NCBI GenBank assembly: GCA_027490055.1
Contig: JAIXYV010000106.1
Span: forward strand, 30,802 to 94,801
DNA: 64,000 nt
Direction: 5' to 3'
From: Bacteroidota bacterium
GTDB lineage: Bacteria > Bacteroidota > Bacteroidia > NS11-12g > UBA955
The notes under the pieces: generated by a model
What the model was told of the DNA's origin: nothing
What the model saw: the letters and a program-made list of their open reading frames with translations, nothing else
Database searches by the model: none
Position numbers and translations under genes: made by a program
Part shown: piece by piece, positions 1-8,689 of the stretch
Numbering within the stretch: position 1 is the stretch's first letter
How the letters are laid out: the number at the start of each line of letters is the position of its first letter

Positions 1-1
1 A

Positions 2-1495
2 GACAATGTAATAAAATTAGAAACTGAAAATGACCGCATTACAGGGGTTATTACAAGTATGGGATATGCTATAAAAGGCAAATCGGTGGTCGTAACATCC
101 GGTACTTTTCTAAATGGTCTTATACATATAGGCACTAAAAACTTTGGTGGTGGTAGAATGGCAGAAAGTAATAGTGTGGGAATTACTGCAGATTTAATAC
201 ATCTAGGTTTCGAAGCTGGACGAATGAAGACCGGAACACCCCCAAGAGTAGATGGTCGATCTCTAGATTACTCGAAAATGGAAGAACAGGAAGGCGATTC
301 AGAAGCAGGTAAGTTTTCTTTTTCGAGCATTACAAAGCCACTTTCCCAGCAAAGATCCTGCTTTATAACCTATACAAATGATACAGTACATGAGATACTA
401 AGAGAAGGTTTTGATCGTTCGCCAATGTTTAACGGCAGCATTCAAGGTCTGGGTCCACGTTATTGCCCATCCATTGAAGATAAAATAAACCGGTTCGCTG
501 AACGAGATAGACATCAAATCTTTGTGGAGCCAGAAGGTTGGAACACCATAGAAATGTATATTAATGGCTTCTCGACCTCCCTTCCTGAAGACATTCAGTT
601 GAAAGCAATCAAACAAATACCAGGTTTTGAACATGCAAAAATCTTCAGACCAGGTTATGCCATTGAATACGATTACTTCCCACCTACTCAATTAAAACAT
701 ACTTTAGAAACCAAACTTATCAATAATCTTTACTTTGCCGGACAAATCAATGGTACAACAGGCTATGAGGAAGCGGCATGTCAAGGTTTAATGGCTGGTA
801 TTAATGCAGCGCTTAAAGTCCAGGAAAAAGAAGAATTTGTTCTGTCGCGTGCAGATGCCTACATAGGCGTTTTAATAGATGATCTAATTAATAAAGGTAC
901 AGAAGAACCTTATCGAATGTTTACATCAAGGGCTGAGTTCAGAATATTGCTCAGACAAGATAATGCTGACGATAGATTAACAGAAAAAGGTTACAGTATT
1001 GGTTTGGCAAGTGAAGATAGACTTAAAGCATTACATGAGAAAAGGGAAAAAATTAACTCTATACTACATTTTGTAAAAACAACCTCAGTAGAACCTTCAT
1101 TGGTAAATGATATATTGGATCAAAAACAAACACCTATTTTAGACCAAAAGGTTAAGCTAGACAAGTTAGTATTGCGACCGCAGTTATCCATCAGTGACTT
1201 TGAACAAATCTATCAAACGCTATCAAACTCCGAATCAGAGATAAAAGAACAGGCAGAGATTCTTATAAAGTACGAATCATACATTGATAAAGAGAAACAA
1301 ACAGCTGATAAATTAAACCGACTGGAGAACTATAAACTTAGCAAAGAATTTGATTACAGTCAACTTAAATCTCTAAGTACCGAAAGTAGAGAAAAACTAA
1401 ATAAAATTAAACCAGAGAGCATTGGTCAGGCCTCTAGAATAAGTGGTGTTTCACCATCTGATATTTCCGTTCTTTTAATACATTTGGGTAGATGA
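2..1495 (+). CDS. mnmG: tRNA uridine-5-carboxymethylaminomethyl(34) synthesis enzyme MnmG/GidA (5' truncated by window edge)
   Basis: [50 protein letters not shown] motifs; frame is open back to base 2. Confidence 0.97.
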   Translation, partial: DNVIKLETENDRITGVITSMGYAIKGKSVVVTSGTFLNGLIHIGTKNFGGGRMAESNSVGITADLIHLGFEAGRMKTGTPPRVDGRSLDYSKMEEQEGDSEAGKFSFSSITKPLSQQRSCFITYTNDTVHEILREGFDRSPMFNGSIQGLGPRYCPSIEDKINRFAERDRHQIFVEPEGWNTIEMYINGFSTSLPEDIQLKAIKQIPGFEHAKIFRPGYAIEYDYFPPTQLKHTLETKLINNLYFAGQINGTTGYEEAACQGLMAGINAALKVQEKEEFVLSRADAYIGVLIDDLINKGTEEPYRMFTSRAEFRILLRQDNADDRLTEKGYSIGLASEDRLKALHEKREKINSILHFVKTTSVEPSLVNDILDQKQTPILDQKVKLDKLVLRPQLSISDFEQIYQTLSNSESEIKEQAEILIKYESYIDKEKQTADKLNRLENYKLSKEFDYSQLKSLSTESREKLNKIKPESIGQASRISGVSPSDISVLLIHLGR

Positions 1496-2877
1496 AAAAT
1501 ATCTTAGCTATTTTGACTTGTTTGGCACTTTATTCTTGTGCCAGTATATCACCTCTTTCTGGAGGAAAAGCTGATGAGGCTCCTCCCCTATTATTAAATT
1601 CAAATATTACAAAAACCGAATTTAAAAGTAATACTATACAATTAGAATTTGATGAGTATATCGAAACAGATAATCCTTCAGATAATATAAAAATCTATCC
1701 CCAACATACGACATTCAAAACAAGTATTAATAAAAGAAAGTTAACTATTAAACTTGATTCATCCCTACATGAAAATACCACTTATGTTTTAAGTATAAAA
1801 AAAGGGGTTAAAGACGTTCATGCAGGCAATGGTTTCGAGTATAAAAAGATATTCAGTACAGGTGAAAGTTTAGATACAGGATACATTAAAGTACGGGTTA
1901 AAAATTATAAGAAATATAAAAACATCAAAATTGCGCTTCTAGAAGATCTACCGAGTGATAGTTTAAGGGTTATTAGTAAATCTTATAGTTATAATCTTAC
2001 AAGCGAAACAAATGAGTTTTTTGGCTTAAAAAATAAAAAATATCATATCTGGCTATTTACGGATGCAAATTCTGATAATAAACCAGATTGGTATCAACCT
2101 ATCAATTTCATTAATAATATAAGAACTGATTCGCTCTATGAAATTGAAATAAACGATTGGAATAAAGCTTTTGAAATAAAAAGAATTACTACAGATAATC
2201 AATACTCGAAAATTTATTATAACAACAATCCTCACTATTATTTTCATTTATATGATATCTTAGGAAAACAACTTGAGAATGCGGTATATTTAACTGAAGA
2301 CAGCGCTCTTATATATAACCTGAAGTACAACACTATTAAATCTGATACAGTTAAAAGATTTAATCTTAATAATGAAAAGAAGGATATTGTTCTTAATAAT
2401 CTTCAAATTATTAAAATGAAGAATAGATACACTGTTTATTATAATAAACCTCAATACTATACTGACTATTCGAATTACAGACCTTTAATGCGTGATAAAA
2501 CAATTTATACAGTGTTACCGGAGTTGATACAAATCTATGTTCCACAGGAAGAAAAAATGGATAGTTTTTCTTTAAAAAACATTGCCATCCAGGAACATTC
2601 AAAATTATCCTACTTAGAATTTGAAATAAAAGATAAGTTTAATCAATTGTATGATGTAAAAATAAGTAAAGATGATAAAACTATTATATCGCTTTTTGAT
2701 GTAAAAAAGTACGAGATTTTTTTAGAACCTGGACAATATAAAATTGAAGTTTATAAAAGAAGTTTTACAAATATTTTCAATCCATTTGAATTTAAAAATT
2801 CCAGCAGTCCAATATACGCAAAAGACTTGATTTTAAAGGCATCTTGGGACGAAATACTTTCAATTATTCCACAATAA
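1492..2877 (+). CDS. Ig-like (Big_5-type) domain lipoprotein
   Basis: Lipobox LYSC, GGxxDxxPP, FDEYI and FSTG motifs; ATGA overlap with mnmG stop; very AT-rich. Confidence 0.75.
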   Translation: MKNILAILTCLALYSCASISPLSGGKADEAPPLLLNSNITKTEFKSNTIQLEFDEYIETDNPSDNIKIYPQHTTFKTSINKRKLTIKLDSSLHENTTYVLSIKKGVKDVHAGNGFEYKKIFSTGESLDTGYIKVRVKNYKKYKNIKIALLEDLPSDSLRVISKSYSYNLTSETNEFFGLKNKKYHIWLFTDANSDNKPDWYQPINFINNIRTDSLYEIEINDWNKAFEIKRITTDNQYSKIYYNNNPHYYFHLYDILGKQLENAVYLTEDSALIYNLKYNTIKSDTVKRFNLNNEKKDIVLNNLQIIKMKNRYTVYYNKPQYYTDYSNYRPLMRDKTIYTVLPELIQIYVPQEEKMDSFSLKNIAIQEHSKLSYLEFEIKDKFNQLYDVKISKDDKTIISLFDVKKYEIFLEPGQYKIEVYKRSFTNIFNPFEFKNSSSPIYAKDLILKASWDEILSIIPQ

Positions 2878-3245
2878 TTTTCAACAAAATTAACAACACT
2901 CTATGTAGAAATATTAGTATTTACGTGGAACAAAAAAATAGAGAAATTTAATGTCTATAAACACGAAAAAAAGTGAAGAAAAATAGAATAAATAGTCAGG
3001 TTATCATCAAATCGACTATTGTATTAAATAATCATTAACATTAATGTTGATTTGTTGATGACTGATTAAAAAACCTAGTAAATACAAGGCTTAACATTAA
3101 AAATTATTCGTTGAAAAATATGGTACATCTAATTTTATTCAATAAAAAAACTAGAAAAAATACAAGTTATCCCGATATCAACACGACTATAATATTACTA
3201 AATAATTATTTTAAATATATTTTTTATTATTAATCTGTTCATAAG
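2864..3245. other. Putative chromosomal replication origin (oriC)
   Basis: AT-rich non-coding gap near mnmG with several relaxed DnaA boxes (TATTCCACA 2865, TTTTCAACA 2878, TTAACAACA 2890, reverse TGTTGA motifs about 3045-3061, TTATCCCGA/ATATCAACA 3167-3183, TGTTCATAA 3236) followed by trio-like repeats and a pure AT tract. Confidence 0.78.
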
Positions 3246-3272
3246 CCTGGTTGGATAGATGAAACTTTAAAT

Positions 3273-3280
3273 TATTTTTG
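3273..3280 (+). promoter_or_regulatory. Bacteroidota -7 promoter element (TATTTTTG) for pheS
   Basis: Exact TAnnTTTG, 4 nt before the ATG. Confidence 0.7.
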
Positions 3281-3284
3281 TGCC

Positions 3285-4304
3285 ATGAGTATCCTTGAAA
3301 AAATAGAAACTTTAAAACAGCAAGCAAGCGAACATATTATCGATCAACAAGAAAAGGTTGAAGAGTTCCGCTTGAAGTTTTTATCAAAAAAAGGTGAATT
3401 AAATGAATTGTTCGAAGAATTTAAAAAAGTTTCCGGCGAAGAAAAAAAAGAGCTGGGTAAACAGTTAAATATTTTAAGACAGCAAATAGAATCACTCTAC
3501 AACGACGCTAAAGAGAAATTTAGTTCCACAGAAAAAAAATTTTCCGCTAACGCGGATGAGACATTACCTGTTAATGCCTATAAAATTGGATCTTTACATC
3601 CAATTTCAATTGTAAAAAATGACATTATCAGCATTTTTGAAAAGATAGGTTTTAACGTAGAAAATGGTCCGGAAATAGAAGATGACTGGCATAATTTTAC
3701 GGCTTTAAATTTCGCGGAAAATCATCCGGCGCGCGATATGCAGGACACCTTCTTTGTGGAAAAAAAACCAAAAGGAAATTTTGCTCTTAGAACTCATACC
3801 AGCAGTGTTCAGGTGCGTTTGATGGAGTACACAAAGCCGCCAATTAGAGCTTTGATGCCAGGTAGAGTTTATAGAAATGAGGATGTATCGGCAAGATCCA
3901 ATTGCTTTTTTCATCAGATAGAGGGACTTTATATTGATGAGAATGTGAGTTTCGCGGATCTTAAACAGACGCTCTATTATTTTGTTTCTCAATTTTTCGG
4001 AGAGCGCGAAATTCGTTTCAGACCATCATACTTTCCTTTCACTGAGCCAAGCGCAGAGATGGATATATATTTAGGAACCGCCACCGAGCAAGATAAGCGT
4101 TTAACAAAGGGTACAGGATGGTTGGAAATTCTGGGATGTGGTATGGTAGATCCTAATGTTTTGGAGAACTGCGGCATTGATTCAAGTAAATATACCGGTT
4201 ATGCTTTTGGTATGGGCATAGATAGGATTACCATGTTGAGATATGGTATTAAAGATATCCGTCAGATGTTTGAAAATGATGTTCGTTTTCTGGAACAGTT
4301 TTAA
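3285..4304 (+). CDS. pheS: Phenylalanyl-tRNA synthetase alpha subunit
   Basis: HPARDMQDTF, LRTHTS, FHQIEG, RFRPSYFPFTEPS, GYAFGMG. Confidence 0.98.
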   Translation: MSILEKIETLKQQASEHIIDQQEKVEEFRLKFLSKKGELNELFEEFKKVSGEEKKELGKQLNILRQQIESLYNDAKEKFSSTEKKFSANADETLPVNAYKIGSLHPISIVKNDIISIFEKIGFNVENGPEIEDDWHNFTALNFAENHPARDMQDTFFVEKKPKGNFALRTHTSSVQVRLMEYTKPPIRALMPGRVYRNEDVSARSNCFFHQIEGLYIDENVSFADLKQTLYYFVSQFFGEREIRFRPSYFPFTEPSAEMDIYLGTATEQDKRLTKGTGWLEILGCGMVDPNVLENCGIDSSKYTGYAFGMGIDRITMLRYGIKDIRQMFENDVRFLEQF

Positions 4305-5035
4305 AAATTCCACGCATTTCTAAGCTTGGCATATCCAGCTCTGCTAACAGAGAGTTTTGTGCCATTTTCCATAACTAAATATACGGTATCCGAACCTGAA
4401 TTTTTTAGTTCAGATATTGATTTAATATTGACAATGTAAGAGCGGTGAATCCTTATGAATTTAACTGGGTTTAAGTGTTTCTCATAGAAGCTCATGGTTT
4501 TCTTTTTCACATAAATTTGATTCATGGTATGTAGTTTCACATAATCATCATATGATTCAATGAAAAGAATATCATTGGTTTGAAGTATTAAAATATTCCC
4601 ATTGTGTTTAATAACAATACGTTCAGAAAATGGATGGTGATCAATAGAGGTAGATGCTTCTGGATTGGAGAGAAAATGCTTAATCTTTTCAGCAGCAATG
4701 CATTTTTTAAGAGCCATTAAGAACCTATCTTTACTAAAGGGTTTTAGTAAATAGTCTACTGCATTTGATTCGAAGGCTTTTATAGCATATTCATCATAGG
4801 CTGTTGTAAAAATCACTAAAGGACTTTCATCCAGAACTTCAAGCATTTCAAATCCATTTATTTTGGGCATATTTATATCCAGAAATATCAGATCTGGTTG
4901 ATATTGCTGGATTTGCTTAATGCCTTCAAATCCATCGCCGCATTCAGAGACAATTGTAATATCAGCTTGATCTTCCAGATATTCTTTTATTAAGTTTCTG
5001 GCCAAAGGCTCATCATCAATAATTATAACTTTCAT
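4301..5035 (-). CDS. LytTR-family response regulator
   Basis: Receiver (DDE, FLDINMP, TAY, DYLLKP) plus LytTR (FIRIHRSYIVN); ATG at 5035 overlaps the kinase stop. Confidence 0.93.
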   Translation of the reverse strand: MKVIIIDDEPLARNLIKEYLEDQADITIVSECGDGFEGIKQIQQYQPDLIFLDINMPKINGFEMLEVLDESPLVIFTTAYDEYAIKAFESNAVDYLLKPFSKDRFLMALKKCIAAEKIKHFLSNPEASTSIDHHPFSERIVIKHNGNILILQTNDILFIESYDDYVKLHTMNQIYVKKKTMSFYEKHLNPVKFIRIHRSYIVNIKSISELKNSGSDTVYLVMENGTKLSVSRAGYAKLRNAWNF

Positions 5036-6063
5036 TTTATTTGAGGGATAGTTAGTTCGACACAAAACACATTGTTTAAGTGACTAATTTTAAGCAAATC
5101 TGCCCGGCCATATAAGAGAAAAAGTCGCCTACTTAGTGCATTTAAACCAAAGCCCAGGCCTTTGTTTTTTATAACGGAATCTTGTTCATAAGGGTTACAC
5201 ACCTTGATAAATAAGTCGGTATTTATTAAAGAGATAGTTACTTCGATACATGTTTCTCCTAATGATTCGTATACACCGTATTTCATAGCATTTTCAATAA
5301 GGGGTAATAGAATTAATGGCGGTATTAATGCATTTTCAGCCGATTTTGTCACTTCCATTTTAGTAACAAGTCTATTTTCAAAACGAACTTTCTCAATATC
5401 AAGATAGAGTTGAATATGTTGTAGTTCCTGACTAAGACTTATGGTAGCATTAAGATCTTTTTTAATCGTGCCCCTGAGAAAATCCGACAATTGCTGAATC
5501 ATGGTTCTTGCTTTTTCGGGTTGTTTAGTGGCCAAAGCACTAACAGAGTTTAGGGTATTGAACAAAAAATGCGGCTGTAACTGTTGTCTGATGCCCGATA
5601 GTTCGGCTTCTTTAGCCAGCTTTTGAATTTCTAATCGTCTTGTGTTTTCCTCATTTCTATAGATATTTAATTGAGTCATCCACATTGACAAAGCACTAAG
5701 AGTAATAAGAAAAGCAGCCAGTAAAAAACGGAGTAGCTTAGTCGAGTTAAATAGGTAGATAAAACGCGTATCGTAATTTATAACTAAAGGAATGAGGAAA
5801 TTGGCAGCAACATACCAGATACTTGCAAGCAAAAGGCACCAGAGAAAAACATACCATGCTTTTCCTGGTCCCGGTTGATAATAAATTAGAATATTGTTTA
5901 CTATTAGTGCTGTAAGAAGCAGAAGGAAATTACTAATTAGCGAATCTAATAATGCAGATTTAAAACTAATATCGGCCTGTTTTAAAATAAGAACATGTAA
6001 GCTTGCCCAGAGTATCCAGAAAAGTAAAAACCTCAGCGTATAATTCTTTATCCCAGAGCGCAA
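5032..6063 (-). CDS. LytS/YehU-family membrane sensor histidine kinase
   Basis: About 4 TM helices, QLQPHFLFNTLN H-box, LIENAMKYG, GFGL. Confidence 0.92.
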   Translation of the reverse strand: MRSGIKNYTLRFLLFWILWASLHVLILKQADISFKSALLDSLISNFLLLLTALIVNNILIYYQPGPGKAWYVFLWCLLLASIWYVAANFLIPLVINYDTRFIYLFNSTKLLRFLLAAFLITLSALSMWMTQLNIYRNEENTRRLEIQKLAKEAELSGIRQQLQPHFLFNTLNSVSALATKQPEKARTMIQQLSDFLRGTIKKDLNATISLSQELQHIQLYLDIEKVRFENRLVTKMEVTKSAENALIPPLILLPLIENAMKYGVYESLGETCIEVTISLINTDLFIKVCNPYEQDSVIKNKGLGFGLNALSRRLFLLYGRADLLKISHLNNVFCVELTIPQIK

Positions 6064-6075
6064 TTCTGTTGTGTT

Positions 6076-6816
6076 TTAAAAACTTTTGATATCAATTCCA
6101 CCAAGCACACTGGTTCCTCTAATGATTAGTACACTTTCTCCGCTTGGCAGTGTGTTTTGTTGTATTCTTTTATCTTCAATTCCTCCGAAAATAGCCACAA
6201 CTTCAGATCTTATTTCCCAATGAGGTGGGACAATTAGTTTGGTTCCGCCGAGAACATTTACTAATTCCAAAGAAGCCTGTCCATTGATAATGGATTGTGA
6301 CAGGTTGATTTCAGCACCACCCAGAACGCATACAACTTCGCCGCCCTTAAAATCTTTAGAAGTAACATTTTTGCGAACACCTCCAAATACAGCAACAGTA
6401 TCTAAGTAGTCTTCACTGGTATATGGCATTCCTGCATACATTTTGTCTTCCTTCCAATCGAAACCTTCCCATTTTTTGTTTTTTTTTCCGAATATCATAA
6501 TAAGTCCCATACCAATAATGAATACCGGCCAGAAGAATTGACCAATTGCTAAGTTATAGAAGAATTCATCCGTTAAAAAGATACAACCTATAAATGCTAC
6601 AATCCACCAGGCATTGTTTTTAAAATTGTGTTTGAAACCTATGTAAACACCAATAGTTATCATAAGCATTTGCCAGGAGAATAACCAATCCGGGAATATT
6701 ACGCCTGTTTTACGCAGTAAGAGCATAACACCAACAGCCACAACCACAACACCAGCCATTCTTTTGCCATTTTGATTGCGTTTTTCAAAAGTGATTTCAT
6801 TTTTATTTAGAGCCAT
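6076..6816 (-). CDS. LiaF-like membrane protein (N-terminal TM domain plus DUF2154-like beta-solenoid)
   Basis: 4 TM segments followed by repeated VFGG/LGG motifs ending GGIDIK. Confidence 0.8.
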   Translation of the reverse strand: MALNKNEITFEKRNQNGKRMAGVVVVAVGVMLLLRKTGVIFPDWLFSWQMLMITIGVYIGFKHNFKNNAWWIVAFIGCIFLTDEFFYNLAIGQFFWPVFIIGMGLIMIFGKKNKKWEGFDWKEDKMYAGMPYTSEDYLDTVAVFGGVRKNVTSKDFKGGEVVCVLGGAEINLSQSIINGQASLELVNVLGGTKLIVPPHWEIRSEVVAIFGGIEDKRIQQNTLPSGESVLIIRGTSVLGGIDIKSF

Positions 6817-6862
6817 AATTATTTATTTAATGATGCAAATCAAGCACAAGCTTATGCATATC

Positions 6863-6920
6863 ACAAACAAAAATAGGTGTTTGACAAGAAAAATAGGCGA
6901 ATAAACAAAAATAGCGGGTG
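6863..6920 (-). promoter_or_regulatory. Three imperfect direct repeats upstream of the liaF-like/lytS/lytTR operon
   Basis: AAAAATAG at 6869, 6889 and 6907; GGYG cores at 6876, 6896 and 6917. Confidence 0.45.
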
Positions 6921-6960
6921 AGTAACGTCAAATACTTAAAAAGCCATACTTTTGTTCAAT

Positions 6961-7383
6961 ATGAAAACCGGTTATTTGTTATTGATTGCAGTATTTTGTC
7001 TTCAAACACTTTCATGTAAGTCAGGCGATGTTTACAAAAGGGACAAAGATCTCTCGATAATCTTTGGAAGTGGAGGTGGATTTACCGGTGCAACAGAGCA
7101 ATATGAAATTAATGGCAAGGGATCTTTAATTAAAGTTAGTTTACCGGGAGATACCACTAAACTACCATCAATATCTAAAAGCCAGAGACGGTATTTGCGT
7201 CAATTAGTTAATTCAGATTCACTGAGTAGAATTAGCTATAATACCTACGCCAATATGACATCTTTCATATATGTGAAGGTGAAAGATAAGCCGCTTTATA
7301 GCTTTCATTGGAATGGCGAAAGTAAATCTTTACAAGCACCATTATTCGCCTTAGATAGTTTTCTTAATACTTTAGTTAAGTAG
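6961..7383 (+). CDS. Small hypothetical lipoprotein
   Basis: Lipobox TLSC, FGSGGGFTG motif; TACTTTTG promoter at 6947-6954. Confidence 0.7.
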   Translation: MKTGYLLLIAVFCLQTLSCKSGDVYKRDKDLSIIFGSGGGFTGATEQYEINGKGSLIKVSLPGDTTKLPSISKSQRRYLRQLVNSDSLSRISYNTYANMTSFIYVKVKDKPLYSFHWNGESKSLQAPLFALDSFLNTLVK

Positions 7384-7431
7384 ACGGGGCACTTAAGGAA
7401 ACAAAACTTTAGTATCTTTGTAAGCATTAAG

Positions 7432-8568
7432 ATGAATATAGGAATTGTCTGTTATCCGACTTTTGGCGGAAGTGGCGTTGTAGCCACCGAATTAGGAAAA
7501 GCATTGGCCGCAAAGGGATATAACGTACATTTTATCAGTTACAGTCAGCCAGCCAGACTGGATTTTTTTAATCCCAATGTGTTTTTTCACGAGGTATCTA
7601 TCTACAAATATCCTTTATTTGAATATGTGCCATATGAAACCATATTAGCCAGTAAAATAGTCGATATAGTTAAGCAGTACAAATTACAGATTCTGCATGT
7701 TCACTATGCTATTCCGCATGCGAGTGCTGCCTTAATGGCGAAAAATATTTTAGTAGAACAGGGGATCAATATTCCGATTGTTACCACTTTGCACGGAACA
7801 GATATTACTTTAGTTGGAAAAGATCCAACATACGAGCCGGTAGTGTCTTATTCAATCAATCATTCAGATGCTGTCACGGCCGTTTCTGAAAGTCTGAAGC
7901 AAGATACGATTAAGAATTTTCATATTCAGCGCCCTATTCACGTTGTGCCCAATTTCATCGATTTCTCCAGATTCACTAAGCAGAAAAAAGAGCATTTCAA
8001 GATGGCTATTGCACCTAACAATGAAAAGATCCTGGTGCATACCTCTAATTTCAGGAAGGTTAAAAGAGTAGAGGATGTTGTTAAGGTATTTGCTTTGCTG
8101 GCAGATAAGATTCCGAGCAAGCTTTTGTTAATTGGGGATGGTCCGGAGCGTATGAACATTGAATTGATGGCAAGAGAAATGGGTGTATGCGACAGAATCA
8201 CATTTTTGGGCAAGCAAGATCAGATCGAAGAGATTTTATCGGTTTGTGATTTGTTTTTACTGACTTCAGAAACAGAAAGTTTCGGATTGGCAGCATTAGA
8301 AGCTATGGCATGCGAAGTGCCGGTTATTTCTTCCAACTCAGGCGGTATACCAGAAGTAAACATAGATGGGGTTACCGGATACATGAGCAATGTTGGAGAT
8401 GTTGAAGACATGGCTAAGAATGCCTTAAAGATACTTTCTGATGAAGCGATTCTTGTTCAATTTAAAGCCAATGCATTAAAACGCGCTCAGGAGTTCCATA
8501 TCGATAAAATATTACCGATGTATGAGAATGTCTATCTTAGCTTAATTAGCGCACCAGTGGCCCCATAA
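7432..8568 (+). CDS. bshA: N-acetyl-alpha-D-glucosaminyl L-malate synthase (GT4)
   Basis: CYPTFGGSGVVATELG, HVHYAIPHA, TTLHGTDIT, SNFRKVKR, ESFGLAALEAM. Confidence 0.93.
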   Translation: MNIGIVCYPTFGGSGVVATELGKALAAKGYNVHFISYSQPARLDFFNPNVFFHEVSIYKYPLFEYVPYETILASKIVDIVKQYKLQILHVHYAIPHASAALMAKNILVEQGINIPIVTTLHGTDITLVGKDPTYEPVVSYSINHSDAVTAVSESLKQDTIKNFHIQRPIHVVPNFIDFSRFTKQKKEHFKMAIAPNNEKILVHTSNFRKVKRVEDVVKVFALLADKIPSKLLLIGDGPERMNIELMAREMGVCDRITFLGKQDQIEEILSVCDLFLLTSETESFGLAALEAMACEVPVISSNSGGIPEVNIDGVTGYMSNVGDVEDMAKNALKILSDEAILVQFKANALKRAQEFHIDKILPMYENVYLSLISAPVAP

Positions 8569-8569
8569 A

Positions 8570-8593
8570 CGGCTTAATTGGGCCGCTTTTTTT
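8570..8593 (+). terminator. Rho-independent terminator after bshA
   Basis: CGGCTT-AATT-GGGCCG hairpin plus T7. Confidence 0.6.
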
Positions 8594-8689
8594 ACAGTAT
8601 TCTCATAAAAAGAAGACTTTTTATCTAAAAATCTTATTAATTTTTGATTTATAAGCCTGAATGGTTTTAATTTGGATCATCTAACATCC

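Noticed and set aside
6863..6920. Mini CRISPR array
   Set aside because: Repeats are only 8-11 bp with about 10-bp spacers; no cas genes
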